A stretch of DNA of 59,151 bases, from positions 1 through 59,151 of the IMG/VR virus record IMGVR_UViG_3300048837_000495; one strand, 5' to 3'. Origin of the DNA: a virus. Lineage: Duplodnaviria; Caudoviricetes. The notes beneath the pieces are model-generated. The model searched no databases. It had not been told where the DNA came from and was given only the letters and a program-made list of their open reading frames with translations. The position numbers were made by a program, and so were the translations under genes. Positions 29,279-39,727 of this stretch are shown in pieces (position 1 is the stretch's first letter; every line of letters starts with the position of its first letter).

Positions 29279-31506
29279 TGGCGTATATTGCGTCGAGTTT
29301 GCAGACGGCTGAATCCGCCGCTTCAACAACTTATACTGTCGAGTTGCCTACTCATGCAACGGGAGACTTGTTGCTTGCTCTTGTTGTGCAGGATGGTGGA
29401 GGGACAACTATCACGGCTCCATTAGGATGGACCATTATCGGCACTCAGGCGCAGGTGGGTGCTACCCGTGGGTTGTGGGCATACAAAATAGCCGAGTCAT
29501 CGTCGGAAACAGATCCTCAGTTTACCGGGGCGAATGAAGAATGGGCTGGTTTGGCACTCACTGTAAAAGATGCGGACGAAACAACCCCAATCGGTACTAC
29601 AAGCGGAGCGGATTTCCTCCGCACGGACATAAGTACCGTTTCCACCTCATGGGAAATGGGCGCTCTAACAATCGCAACAGATGAGTGTTTAGTTCTATAC
29701 TCATGCACTTACGATTTCCCTATGAGCGGGTATGTAAATTCGTCAGACGTTACTGTGCTAGACAGAAGCGCTAATAGTAATGCTGGCCTAATCGTTGCAT
29801 ACACTCAAATGCAATCTGCCGGTGCTGCGCCGCAGCCAACGTTTCTTTTCACCAACAGTGATGCCGGGAGCCTGTGGGCAATAGCAGTACGCAATAAGCT
29901 AAATGGATCTTTACAGCCGATGGCTCGGATAACAAACAGAGAGGTTATAAACTACTATGGAAACTTTGGTACAGCGCACAGTAGCACCTTGTCATGGCAG
30001 GCCCCTAGCACATTCGCAACGGCAATAAACGGCATAAACTGCACATCTGTATCCGCGTCCGTGTCTTCTAACTCATCCGCAGCAGGTTGGTCTTACGGTA
30101 ACTCTCACGCTATAAGCACAGCCGAAATAACTGCGGGTCAATGGGCTGGGGCTTGGCACGAGATAGACGAAACAGATTTTACTGGTAAGTTGTTTGCAAT
30201 CGCTCACGTTTTGGGAACTGGAACTCCAGTTAGTACGGAAGGGCATATTATAGCTTTTACAGATGGGACGAACTGGGCCGCGTTTAATATTTGGCGCAAA
30301 GGAATGCGGCAGTTATCGCCTAATGTGTTCTTTATTGATTGTGTTAACGCTACTCCATACGCTTCATCTGGCTCTATTAATTGGGGCGGCATAACTGGTC
30401 TTGGTTATTTTTACCACCGTGTATCAGCTGGGACATCCGCTGTGCTGAATTATATCCGTTCCGCAGAATTGTGGGAGGGGCCGCTGATACTGACAGGTGG
30501 CGGTCCTGGCCGTCCCGCGACAATGTCTGATTTCATCAATGGGATAAACGCCGCGTGGGGGCTAAATCCACAATATTCTCTTATAGCCGGGATAGGCCAG
30601 TGTTTGACGTCTCTTCCGGTGCAGATTGGTGATGGAACAAATAAAACTTATTTCTCAAGCTCGGGTGTATCGCTAGAATTTCCTAAAACATTCACACTTT
30701 CTTCGGCAGAGCAGCAGAATAACTGGAATGTTCCAGCCGGTGGGGTTTCCATCAAAGTGAAAGCCGGGGCGAGCGACACTGTTTCTTTGGCATCTTCAAT
30801 AATGCAGACACAAGTTGAGTTTGATTTTACTCTCGACCCAACATCGTCAACTTCGGCAGCGTATGATTTTTCTGGATGGTCTTGTATTGGGTTTGATCCA
30901 GAATGGAAGACGGGCATTACCTGCAACTCAGCAATTTTTGCAAGTTGCGCCGAGATCGACGGTAAGGCCGCAACGTTCTCCTCTTGCATCTTCAAGCAGG
31001 CCAAGGAAAACCATGCACTTGCTCTCGATGCCGGGGCATCTGTTGCTGGTTCATCGTTCATCAAAGGGAGCGATACCTATGCCTTGAAACTCCGCGAAGC
31101 TGGGACCTACACGCTTAACGGAGCAACATTCACCGGCTACACCACTCCGATCAAGATCACCGCAACTACTGGAACAGTCACTCTCACGCTGGCAGCAGGG
31201 CAAGCGGAGCCGGCCTATAGCAGCGATGGGGCGACGGTTGTCTATGAGCAGCCGCAACAGACCATCACAGTGCTCGGCCTTGTCACTGGTAGTCGTGTAA
31301 AAATATCTCGTGTTGACACCGGCGAAATCATCTATACCGGGGTTGAGTCTGACGGCCATATAGTCACCCCAGCCATCACCTATAACGGCCTGGTTGAGAT
31401 CGAGGTACGTAATGCCTCTGGCACTCCAGCATATAAACCTTGGGTAACACGAACAACTATGAGCGGCTCATCCGTCTCTTTAACCGCCACTCAGGAGGTT
31501 GACTAA
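29278..31506 (+). CDS. Large beta-rich appendage / receptor-binding candidate
   Basis: 742 aa Ser/Thr/Gly-rich; N-terminal GDLLLALV...APLGWT; AT-richer core. Confidence 0.65.
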   Translation: MAYIASSLQTAESAASTTYTVELPTHATGDLLLALVVQDGGGTTITAPLGWTIIGTQAQVGATRGLWAYKIAESSSETDPQFTGANEEWAGLALTVKDADETTPIGTTSGADFLRTDISTVSTSWEMGALTIATDECLVLYSCTYDFPMSGYVNSSDVTVLDRSANSNAGLIVAYTQMQSAGAAPQPTFLFTNSDAGSLWAIAVRNKLNGSLQPMARITNREVINYYGNFGTAHSSTLSWQAPSTFATAINGINCTSVSASVSSNSSAAGWSYGNSHAISTAEITAGQWAGAWHEIDETDFTGKLFAIAHVLGTGTPVSTEGHIIAFTDGTNWAAFNIWRKGMRQLSPNVFFIDCVNATPYASSGSINWGGITGLGYFYHRVSAGTSAVLNYIRSAELWEGPLILTGGGPGRPATMSDFINGINAAWGLNPQYSLIAGIGQCLTSLPVQIGDGTNKTYFSSSGVSLEFPKTFTLSSAEQQNNWNVPAGGVSIKVKAGASDTVSLASSIMQTQVEFDFTLDPTSSTSAAYDFSGWSCIGFDPEWKTGITCNSAIFASCAEIDGKAATFSSCIFKQAKENHALALDAGASVAGSSFIKGSDTYALKLREAGTYTLNGATFTGYTTPIKITATTGTVTLTLAAGQAEPAYSSDGATVVYEQPQQTITVLGLVTGSRVKISRVDTGEIIYTGVESDGHIVTPAITYNGLVEIEVRNASGTPAYKPWVTRTTMSGSSVSLTATQEVD

Positions 31507-32933
31507 TGGCTATAGGCGACGACTTTGAAGTTCAAGCGGATAAGGACATCCGCCACGTATCAGGTAGCACTGTATACACCGTGCTCGACCTCCATGCTTG
31601 GCTGCAAGATCTTGCCGACGATGCTGCGGCGAGCGGGGATGATAACGTCTCGATTACCACGGCAAACCCGTCGAGACTAGATGGCCCAAGAAGCGCCGAC
31701 AAGCCTATGTTCTTGAACCTTATCAACGGGTTCAACATTGACGATACGGCGGCTCAGTATCTCAAGTTTGGCAGCATCTCGCAGGATGGTGGAGACGATC
31801 TCTACACCGGGGTGAAGTCAATCGGCTCTCCGCTGGTAGCAGACTCCCCGGTCTACATCGTCCAGAATGGCAGCAAGCTGACGAAGTATTGGGCCGATGG
31901 GCATATCCAGATCCTCGTCAAGGCCAAGTCCGGCGGAACCGAGATTGATAGCGGAGATATCCGTGCCTATTCCCGCAAGTACGGGCAAAGCTACAGTGAC
32001 TTCGCCGCCGATCTATCCCCCGGTGGTGAGCAACCGGTGGCTATCTCCACTGCGCTTACCGACTGGACGACGCTTTCTCTTGCGGAAGCCCAGGCATTAT
32101 CGAGCAAGGTCACCATCACCATCGGAGACTCAAGCCACGACACCGGGGACGGCAACGGGTCGAAGCTCTACAAAGGCACCATCACTCTCTCCGGTGGCTG
32201 CACCATTGCAGAGGCCGCTCAGTACTGCCAGGCCATCTGCGACCAGGATAGCACGACGACCATCAATGGGGTGCTCGGGTGGAAGTATCGGGCGCTCGAC
32301 GCAAGCTACACGCCGAACTCTGCCGCACCTTTCGGCGCAGTGGCTGGTGGCAAGTGGTTCGTCGCGCAGGGGTGGTGGGTCGAGGGCGCCTTGGCCGCCG
32401 ATTCCCAAGCGTACCAGATGACCAGTCATGACGGGACGACGATTGCCAATCCGGTCATCACCGCAGTCTCTGTCGGCTCCCTGGTCGTCGGAGCAAGGGT
32501 TCTTGCGGGCAGGGATGATGGGTCTGGCGGATTCGTCGATGACGAGTACACGCTCGCCGGGGAGCACGGTACTGCCTTGACCGAGGTAGTAGTTAACGAG
32601 TCAATCAAAGCCGACACACCTACTTCAGGGTTCATCAGGATAGGCGGGGTGCCGTTCTCCTATTCAGGATATACCTCTGGAACGAAAACCTTCACGCTCA
32701 CCGGGGCGCTCGGGCAGACATTTGCTGATGATACGCCATGCTGGGTTCCGTTCCTCGATCTTGTTGCCGACGCCACGGAGGAGACAAGCGCGAATTTCAG
32801 TTTCTCCAGTAACTTCACGGCAAGGGTCAGGGTGCGTAAAGGAGGATCGCCAAGCTACAAGCCTTTTGAGACGACATTCAGTGTCACCAGTGCAGGCGGT
32901 TCCGTCAACGCCATCCTCGATAGCGACGAGTAA
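31506..32933 (+). CDS. Virion appendage protein
   Basis: YTVLDLHAWLQDLADD N-terminus; C-terminal domain similar to the preceding gene. Confidence 0.65.
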   Translation: MAIGDDFEVQADKDIRHVSGSTVYTVLDLHAWLQDLADDAAASGDDNVSITTANPSRLDGPRSADKPMFLNLINGFNIDDTAAQYLKFGSISQDGGDDLYTGVKSIGSPLVADSPVYIVQNGSKLTKYWADGHIQILVKAKSGGTEIDSGDIRAYSRKYGQSYSDFAADLSPGGEQPVAISTALTDWTTLSLAEAQALSSKVTITIGDSSHDTGDGNGSKLYKGTITLSGGCTIAEAAQYCQAICDQDSTTTINGVLGWKYRALDASYTPNSAAPFGAVAGGKWFVAQGWWVEGALAADSQAYQMTSHDGTTIANPVITAVSVGSLVVGARVLAGRDDGSGGFVDDEYTLAGEHGTALTEVVVNESIKADTPTSGFIRIGGVPFSYSGYTSGTKTFTLTGALGQTFADDTPCWVPFLDLVADATEETSANFSFSSNFTARVRVRKGGSPSYKPFETTFSVTSAGGSVNAILDSDE

Positions 32934-32936
32934 GCC

Positions 32937-33521
32937 ATGGCCCTGACCCTGGACTATATCAACCGGATCGTCCATAGCGACGCCAGTATCACTGACGGGG
33001 TGGCTTTCCATGCCGACCTGCGGGACATCGAGGCGTCGATGTTTGGCATACTCTATCCGGTGATTCACACCTATGCGGCTATCGATATCGGTGGAGGGGC
33101 AATCTTCCCCGCCATTGCGTTTATCAACGGCTGGACTTTGCAGTTTCCGGCGGGGACGTTCAATATCTCAGGATTCAACCTCGACGCCGACATTAATCCG
33201 GTAAATGATTGCTATGTCGAGCGTATGCAGAGTGCAGCCTATGCCGTAACGGCGGTGGGAGGCACAGGGCTGTCGTCGTCGGATATCGAGGCGGTGGCCG
33301 ATGCGGTGAGAGCGGAACTCGGGCTCGAGCTCGGCATCATCGAGTATCTCAAAAAGGTCGTCAAAAACAAGCGCGAGATCACCTCGGAGAAGACCCTGGT
33401 GGTCTACGATGACGACGGAGTGACGCCAATCCTCGATAAGGCCCTAAAGGACAAGGACGGCGCGGCAATCGCTGACCTGGCAAGCGGGGTGTTGGCGCAG
33501 GAGATCGCCTCCAGTGTTTAA
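32937..33521 (+). CDS. Hypothetical structural protein
   Basis: 194-aa ORF, FINGW motif, LVVYDDDG.TP C-terminus. Confidence 0.65.
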   Translation: MALTLDYINRIVHSDASITDGVAFHADLRDIEASMFGILYPVIHTYAAIDIGGGAIFPAIAFINGWTLQFPAGTFNISGFNLDADINPVNDCYVERMQSAAYAVTAVGGTGLSSSDIEAVADAVRAELGLELGIIEYLKKVVKNKREITSEKTLVVYDDDGVTPILDKALKDKDGAAIADLASGVLAQEIASSV

Positions 33522-33756
33522 TCTTCTCCCCGGAGGTGGTCTAGGTTTCGCCGGCTCGAAGGAGATCGCCTTCGGCCTTGGCGCGGTGACCGCTATAGAG
33601 GTACCTATTACTCCTCCGCCAATATTTTCTGGAGGCGGTGGCGGCTGGGGTGGCAGCTATTATAGAGAAACTGCGTTAGTATACGACAACGCTTATTCAC
33701 GCGACGACGAGGAAATCCTAGAGCTTCTTTCCATACTTTTTCAGGTGATTGAATGA
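33514..33756 (+). CDS. Hypothetical protein
   Basis: Coupled ORF, GGGGG...DDEEIL. Confidence 0.55.
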   Translation: MFNLLPGGGLGFAGSKEIAFGLGAVTAIEVPITPPPIFSGGGGGWGGSYYRETALVYDNAYSRDDEEILELLSILFQVIE

Positions 33757-36700
33757 GTAGCATTACGGCTTGTGTAAAAAAGCACACCACAAAGACGCGG
33801 CAGAAGGATGTATTGGACACGCTAAAAGAATTACATAGCCAGCACCTAGCCGATAATCTTTCTGGTAATGAGGCAAAGCTCAAGGCAGTAACCGACGCTC
33901 TCGCCGAATTCCAAGCCGAGCGGGCAAATATATTAGCCCAGGTAGAAGCTGCTATCGGCACACGACGGGCGCAGGGTCAGCCTATCCTTTCTGTCTCTAG
34001 GCCGCTGTTAAACCCGCTCGAGATGACCTCGGCCGACGTGCCGAAGTTCAAAAGCAAGGCTGAGGTCGATGCTTTCAAAACCTCGTTGCGCGCGCAGGGT
34101 TACGACGGTGTCTATCTCACCGATAAGCAGCAGAGTTTCTCGCTCGACCCGCAGGCTGTCTCCGGCGAGACGGCGTCGACCGTCGTGGCTGACCTCAAAT
34201 CATTCCTTGGGGCCGGATACGACAATCTTGTCAAAGCCGGGAAGTTGGAAGTCGTGCAGAGTATGGACGATGCCAAGGCGACCGGTATCCCGATGCGCGG
34301 GGCGACGGGCCGGGTTGCAGGTATCTACAACCCCAAGCTGAAAAAAGTCGTCCTTATTGCCGACAACATCTCGCAAGGCGACGGCCGGTATGTCATGACT
34401 CATGAGGGCGCCCACGCGCTTCTGCGCGAGGACTCGGTGTTCATGAAGCAACGGTCGAAAATCCTCGCTGACTTCCTGGCTCTTGCCGAGACAAGCGAGT
34501 CCGTCCGTGCCGCCATCGCCCGGGTGCCGAGTAAAACCGATCCGAAAGTAAAGGACGAGGAGGCCCTCGCTCACTGGCTACAGGATCGTAAAAATTACGA
34601 GGCGACCGAGCCTAAAGGCGTCGTCGAGAAACTCACTGCCCTTTACAAACGCCTTGTCTCGGCGGTCAAGGCCGCGCTCTTTCGTGCCGGGCTGCCGCAC
34701 GGAAGGCTTACCGAGACGGAGCTTGCCCGGATTTTTGTCGGCGGGGTGCAGGCATGGAGTATGCGGGCTGGGGAAGAGACGGCACTGACTCTGGACAGCG
34801 ATCCACAAGCCTTATTCTCAGCCATCGACGACACCCTCAAATCCGGCCAAGAGCGGATTACTCAGGCAGTGACCGCGCTCGCAAACCCGAAGTCTACCCT
34901 GCGGGGCCTTTATGTGCAGCACGCGCCCAAGTGGCTGGCGGTCACCCCGCTGCGGACCATGGTGCAAACTTTCGGGAAAACCATTCCGCAGGTAAAGAGT
35001 TTCGCCGAGCATCTCGACGCGGTTGTCTCGACCAAGACGGCGATCGTTGACGACGCAAAAGTTCTCTACGACAAAGCCAAAGAGCTTGCCGAGAAAGGCC
35101 CCGGACTGCAAGCCTTCAACTGGGCGGCGGCTGTCGCCTCGTTCAACCGCATGACTCCGTGGCTACCGATGCTTGAGCAAGACTGGGTGGACCAGAGCAA
35201 GCCGAAGGGCGAGGCCCTCGTCGAGGCGAGGCAAAAGTGGATCGATGCCGGCATGAAGAAGGCGACCGGCAAGACCTTCGACGCTGCTTACAAACAAGCC
35301 GCGGACCTTTACAACGGCCTTGGCAACAACGGAGTGAAGGAAGCCTACCAACGTATCGTCGACCACCTCGGCGTACTGAGGAACCGAGAGAAGAACAACC
35401 TGCTGGCCTACATCGAGAAAGTGTCGAAGGACAACCCGGAGTTGCACAAGGAACTCATGGCCCGGTTCAACACGTCGTTCTCTACCCTCAATGGCGCCTA
35501 CTGGCCGCTGTCCAGAGTGGGTGACTTCCGGCTCGAGTATACCGACAGCGAAGGATTCAGGACGGTAAAGCATTACACCACTCTCGCCGAACGCCGCGCC
35601 GACATGGCGGAACTGACGGAGCAAGGCGCGAAAGATTTCATGGAGAGCTTCAAGGACAAGCGCCCACGCTCCGAGGTCGCCATCCCATCCATGCTCATGG
35701 ACCAGCTTTCCGGCGCGGTCTTGGAGAAATATCTCGACGGTGTCGACCAAGCGGACGAGTCCCAGGTAGCCAATGCCCGGGCCGCGGCCCAGGATGTCAT
35801 CGACGACATGAACCAAATCTGGCTGCGCTGGCAGCCGGAGACTTCCGCCCTCGCCAACTCGATCCGGCGTGGAAACGTCAAAGGTTTCCATGAGGACTCG
35901 CTGCGCTCGTACCTCGACTACACTTCCCGCCACGCCAGCAACATCGCCTGGACCGAGCAGGGCCGTAAGATTGAAGCCGACCTGGCCGGTTTTTCCGAGG
36001 ACATTTCCAAAGCCGCCAAGAAGCCTGGGAGCGACACGACGCTCGACAAGATGATCCTCAACGACCTCCGTGCCAGGGTCAACGCGCTTCGCACCGTGCA
36101 GGTCGGAGCCGTCGCATCGGTACTTGGGAAAGTCAGCACCGCTTACTACATGACCAGCCCGTCCATCGCGCTGGTGCAGATGTCACAGCTCGGCGTTCTC
36201 ACCCTGCCGAAGCTCGCGGTCAAGTACGGAGCCGGCCGGGCCGGTAAAGCCCTGGCGTCCGGGATTAAGGAAGCGTTCACCAAGAAGTTCACCAGGGACG
36301 CAATGTTCGCAGACACCGCGGTCAACACCGTCTACGAGGACCTGCACAGGGTAGTCACCGCCGAGAACCGCGACCTGCCGGAAGCGGTCGGGAAGGAGCT
36401 TGGCGACGACCTCTACTCCGAGCCGGAGAAGCTGCGGATGATCGCCCGGCTCAACCCGTACCAGAAACAACTCCTTGTCCTGCGGGAGTCGATGGCAAAA
36501 AACCTGCTCGACATCTCGGCGGCTCATGAGGCCTACGAGCTTACGCAAGGGAAAAACCCGGACAGCCTAATGGCGAAAACGTTCCGCTACGCCATGCTGC
36601 CGATGAGCTTGTCCGAGCTTGCCTCTCGCAAGGCGACGATCCTCTCCACTTACGAGCTTGCCAACGCCGAGGGTAAAAATTTCTTTGCCGCGATGGGCGA

Positions 36701-37736
36701 CATCGGCGACGTGGTCAACGACACGCTTTACAGCTACGCCAAGGAGAATAAGCCTGTCGCGCTGCAAGGCGGCGTTGCCCGGGTGATTGCCCAGTTCCAA
36801 TGGTACCGGATCATGACCGCCATCCGTCTGGCGCAGTTGTTCAACAACTCGATCCGTGGCGAGTCGCCAGAGGTCAAGGCCGCGGCCAGAAAAGAGTTTG
36901 TCGGCATCATGGGCATGACGACGCTACTTGCCGGTGTCCTCGGTACCCCGCTCGGCATGGTGTTCTCCGCGCTCAGTCTGTTCAGCGACGAGGACGAGCC
37001 GGAGGATTACGAGCTTCTTTTCCAGAACTGGCTGCGCGATACCCTCGGGGAAACTGGTGCGAATGTCGTGGCTAAGGGGCTGCCGACTCTGGCCGGCACG
37101 GATCTTTCCAAGCGCCTCGGGCTGAGTGACATCTACGGGATGCAGGGCGAAGCCCCGGCCGAGAAGCATGGGCGCGACCTCGCGGCCTGGTACGCTGGGA
37201 GTCTTATCGGCGGTCCGATTTTCTCCATCTGGTCCAACGGCTTCCAAGCCTACGACGAGATGATGAACAAGGGGAACTACATGCGCGGGCTGGAGACGGC
37301 CACGCCGAAGCCGATCAAGGACGCTATGAAAGCCTATCGGCTTGGGGTGGAAGGCCTGAAAACCGGCGCCGGGAAAAAGCTCCTCGCCGACGAGAAGATC
37401 GGACCGGATGAACTCATCATGCAAGCACTCGGGTTTTCTCCCGATGAGGTCGCCGCCGCACAGTCGGCTAACACAAGCCTCACAAGGCTCTCTACAGCGA
37501 TTTCCGAGAGAAGGGGTAGGCTGATAAGGGATGCGGCCAAAGCTGTCATTGCAGGCGATCGTGGCGATACCTTGGAGGCAATCCGTACTTGGAACGCGAA
37601 AAACCCACGGTTCGCCATCCGCGGCCAAGACATTCGCCCCGCCATCAAGAAGATGATACGGGGCGAGATGGGAGTTACCGGCGTCAGAGAACGCGCGGTC
37701 GCCGAGGTTTATGAGGTGCCGGTTTATGTGGAGTGA
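33753..37736 (+). CDS. Large polyvalent/ejection-type protein with HExxH and PLxRFG-like motifs
   Basis: 1327 aa; AGIYNP...HEGAH...EEALA zincin-like motif; YWPLSRVGDF. Confidence 0.7.
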   Translation: MSSITACVKKHTTKTRQKDVLDTLKELHSQHLADNLSGNEAKLKAVTDALAEFQAERANILAQVEAAIGTRRAQGQPILSVSRPLLNPLEMTSADVPKFKSKAEVDAFKTSLRAQGYDGVYLTDKQQSFSLDPQAVSGETASTVVADLKSFLGAGYDNLVKAGKLEVVQSMDDAKATGIPMRGATGRVAGIYNPKLKKVVLIADNISQGDGRYVMTHEGAHALLREDSVFMKQRSKILADFLALAETSESVRAAIARVPSKTDPKVKDEEALAHWLQDRKNYEATEPKGVVEKLTALYKRLVSAVKAALFRAGLPHGRLTETELARIFVGGVQAWSMRAGEETALTLDSDPQALFSAIDDTLKSGQERITQAVTALANPKSTLRGLYVQHAPKWLAVTPLRTMVQTFGKTIPQVKSFAEHLDAVVSTKTAIVDDAKVLYDKAKELAEKGPGLQAFNWAAAVASFNRMTPWLPMLEQDWVDQSKPKGEALVEARQKWIDAGMKKATGKTFDAAYKQAADLYNGLGNNGVKEAYQRIVDHLGVLRNREKNNLLAYIEKVSKDNPELHKELMARFNTSFSTLNGAYWPLSRVGDFRLEYTDSEGFRTVKHYTTLAERRADMAELTEQGAKDFMESFKDKRPRSEVAIPSMLMDQLSGAVLEKYLDGVDQADESQVANARAAAQDVIDDMNQIWLRWQPETSALANSIRRGNVKGFHEDSLRSYLDYTSRHASNIAWTEQGRKIEADLAGFSEDISKAAKKPGSDTTLDKMILNDLRARVNALRTVQVGAVASVLGKVSTAYYMTSPSIALVQMSQLGVLTLPKLAVKYGAGRAGKALASGIKEAFTKKFTRDAMFADTAVNTVYEDLHRVVTAENRDLPEAVGKELGDDLYSEPEKLRMIARLNPYQKQLLVLRESMAKNLLDISAAHEAYELTQGKNPDSLMAKTFRYAMLPMSLSELASRKATILSTYELANAEGKNFFAAMGDIGDVVNDTLYSYAKENKPVALQGGVARVIAQFQWYRIMTAIRLAQLFNNSIRGESPEVKAAARKEFVGIMGMTTLLAGVLGTPLGMVFSALSLFSDEDEPEDYELLFQNWLRDTLGETGANVVAKGLPTLAGTDLSKRLGLSDIYGMQGEAPAEKHGRDLAAWYAGSLIGGPIFSIWSNGFQAYDEMMNKGNYMRGLETATPKPIKDAMKAYRLGVEGLKTGAGKKLLADEKIGPDELIMQALGFSPDEVAAAQSANTSLTRLSTAISERRGRLIRDAAKAVIAGDRGDTLEAIRTWNAKNPRFAIRGQDIRPAIKKMIRGEMGVTGVRERAVAEVYEVPVYVE

Positions 37737-38044
37737 GAGCTACGGTCCAAACACTCGACCATGGCGACGGCAACCGCCGCGAGTTGAATGAGTTCCGTGC
37801 GGTAGTTTTCCCAGTTCCCGGTTGACTCGTAGCCGGAGAAGTGCGCCTCGCAGACGGCTTTGCAAACCTCGCCGAACTCTTCCCCGAGGATAGACAACCA
37901 TTCGGGCGGGGTGTGGTTCTGCTCACCCCATTTCGCATCTTGACGCCGGCGTTCTTCCTGCACTTCGGAGAGAACGGAGTTGGTTTCTTTTACGGCAAGT
38001 AACCGGCCTACCATCTCTTGCAATCCTGGTGTTGGGCATCTCAT
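37724..38044 (-). CDS. MazG-like NTP pyrophosphohydrolase
   Basis: ERRRQDAKWG, LGEEFGEV, ELIQLAAVAVA. Confidence 0.65.
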   Translation of the reverse strand: MRCPTPGLQEMVGRLLAVKETNSVLSEVQEERRRQDAKWGEQNHTPPEWLSILGEEFGEVCKAVCEAHFSGYESTGNWENYRTELIQLAAVAVAMVECLDRSSHST

Positions 38045-39150
38045 GATTTCGCCTCCATTACTGTTTTGATAAATTCCGCCGCTTGCGGGGCGACGATAGC
38101 GTTACCATAGCCGCGTAGTCGTCCCACTCTTTGGGATACCCCATGAGCCAGCGTGAATGTGCCGGGTTCAACTGGCCTCCACTTTCCATCCCGGCAGAAG
38201 AGCCAATCAGCATCTCGCCAGAAGCCGTTAGTCGGCATGGGGTGGTCATCTCCGCAAGCCCCCTGATTATCCCGCCCATCAGCGCCTCGTCTTTCCTGTC
38301 GCCGCCCCGGCTCGTCTGTCCCCCCGCCATTGCGTTCGGAGTCGGCCATCCCGAAAGTGCCGCTTGAGGTGGCAACGCGCTCGAATCCGCTTGATTCGGT
38401 CCGCCGTGCGTCCCATCCGTCGCTCGTGGAGTTCCCCAACCGGCCAACGTTGCCACATCTTCTATCCGGCTCTCCTTCGCCGCTAATTGCGGGTTTTCTT
38501 CGCGGCTCTTGCATTTCCCATGAGCGCTCTGCTCCCGCGGTGTTGGCCAACCCGCCACCTTCGCACTCCTCACCAAGCAGGCGCAACCGTGCTTCGTTCC
38601 GTGGATAGCTTTCTGTGTCCTGCTTCTGCCCGTTGTGTCGTGGACTTGTGGAGTCGGCCACCCAGTAAGCTCTGTCTCTAATGTGCGGCGCACCGAGGCT
38701 CGCAGCCGGGAACGGGACAACCCCGAAGGCGTAACCCAAGGCTTCCAGGTCAGCTTGTACAAGGTTGAACCAGACGTTCGTAGCCTTGCTTGCAACCTGC
38801 TCTCCAAAAACGATTGCAGGACGGCACTGCTGGATGAGCCAATACCAGGACGGCCAGAGGTGCCGCTCGTCAGCAAACCCTTTTCCTTTGCCTGCCGCGC
38901 TGAAAGGTTGGCATGGGCACGATCCGGTCCATACAGGTCGGTCGTCTGGCCGCCCGGCAAGTCGCAATGCGTAAGACCATCCGCCGATGCCGGCGAAGAA
39001 GTGGCATTGAGAATATCCTCTGAGATCATTTGGAGTAACATCCTCGATCGAGCGTCCATCGACATCTCCCGGAGCAATCAGTCCTGCTTTTATTAACTCG
39101 CGCAACCACTGCGCGGCGAACGGATCAATTTCGTTATAATAGGCACTCAC
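38041..39150 (-). CDS. DNA cytosine-C5 methyltransferase, catalytic (alpha-like) chain
   Basis: Motif [45 protein letters not shown]; GTG start 39150 with GGAGG SD. Confidence 0.9.
   Translation of the reverse strand: MSAYYNEIDPFAAQWLRELIKAGLIAPGDVDGRSIEDVTPNDLRGYSQCHFFAGIGGWSYALRLAGRPDDRPVWTGSCPCQPFSAAGKGKGFADERHLWPSWYWLIQQCRPAIVFGEQVASKATNVWFNLVQADLEALGYAFGVVPFPAASLGAPHIRDRAYWVADSTSPRHNGQKQDTESYPRNEARLRLLGEECEGGGLANTAGAERSWEMQEPRRKPAISGEGEPDRRCGNVGRLGNSTSDGWDARRTESSGFERVATSSGTFGMADSERNGGGTDEPGRRQERRGADGRDNQGACGDDHPMPTNGFWRDADWLFCRDGKWRPVEPGTFTLAHGVSQRVGRLRGYGNAIVAPQAAEFIKTVMEAKS
38058..39077 (-). CDS. Overlapping alternative-frame MTase partner (beta-like) carrying motif IX and W[PG]TP modules
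   Basis: 339 codons open inside the MTase gene; [16 protein letters not shown] resembles C5-MTase motif IX, which the main frame lacks; start uncertain. Confidence 0.7.
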   Translation of the reverse strand: MLREMSMDARSRMLLQMISEDILNATSSPASADGLTHCDLPGGQTTDLYGPDRAHANLSARQAKEKGLLTSGTSGRPGIGSSSSAVLQSFLESRLQARLRTSGSTLYKLTWKPWVTPSGLSRSRLRASVRRTLETELTGWPTPQVHDTTGRSRTQKAIHGTKHGCACLVRSAKVAGWPTPREQSAHGKCKSREENPQLAAKESRIEDVATLAGWGTPRATDGTHGGPNQADSSALPPQAALSGWPTPNAMAGGQTSRGGDRKDEALMGGIIRGLAEMTTPCRLTASGEMLIGSSAGMESGGQLNPAHSRWLMGYPKEWDDYAAMVTLSSPRKRRNLSKQ

Positions 39151-39701
39151 TTCGCCTCCATTATCCTGTCGGCAGCAATGCTGGAATACCCACAGATGTC
39201 GGTGTAGTTGTCGCGCTTTGGGGCCTGGCCCTGGCACCGAGCAACTTTGAAAAGGATCATCATGTGGGCGACATCGAGCGCGGTAATAGGCCAGTTGAGG
39301 TACGTACGCCAATAGTCGGCGATCAAAGCAAACGAGTCTTCCGGGTTTCCGTACTGATCCTGGCGCTCGCCGGTGATGCAGGCCTTTGCTTCATCAAGGC
39401 AGTCGCCGAGGGTAACCTGGCGCGGCGGTTCCGCCTCCAAGCTGCCGACTTTCTTATCCCATTCTTCGCGGGATAGCGGTTGCGCCTTGGTCCAGAACGG
39501 GTCGAACTTAGCTTTCTCGGCTTTGGCCGCAGCCTCGCGCTCCTGGTCGATTTTGGTCAGTATTTCGCTGACGGTTGATGTTTGCTGGTACGGTTTGTAA
39601 TTGGGGCACTTTAGCTTTTTGAAGGCCCCTATGTACCTACTGCACGCCCCAATACACTCCACATCATGGTCGCCGCAATTGATATTTCCGCAGTCGTTCA
39701 T
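39147..39701 (-). CDS. DUF6378-like protein
   Basis: ERQDQYGNPEDSF.LIA.YW, DVAHMMILFKVAR, DNYTDICGY. Confidence 0.7.
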   Translation of the reverse strand: MNDCGNINCGDHDVECIGACSRYIGAFKKLKCPNYKPYQQTSTVSEILTKIDQEREAAAKAEKAKFDPFWTKAQPLSREEWDKKVGSLEAEPPRQVTLGDCLDEAKACITGERQDQYGNPEDSFALIADYWRTYLNWPITALDVAHMMILFKVARCQGQAPKRDNYTDICGYSSIAADRIMEAK

Positions 39702-39727
39702 TTTGGTTCCTCCAAGCGAAGTAATTA

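Noticed and set aside
39151-39312. N-terminal extension of the MTase given in the ORF track
   Set aside because: Overlaps the DUF6378-like gene; GTG 39150 has an SD and matches the usual AYYNEID start
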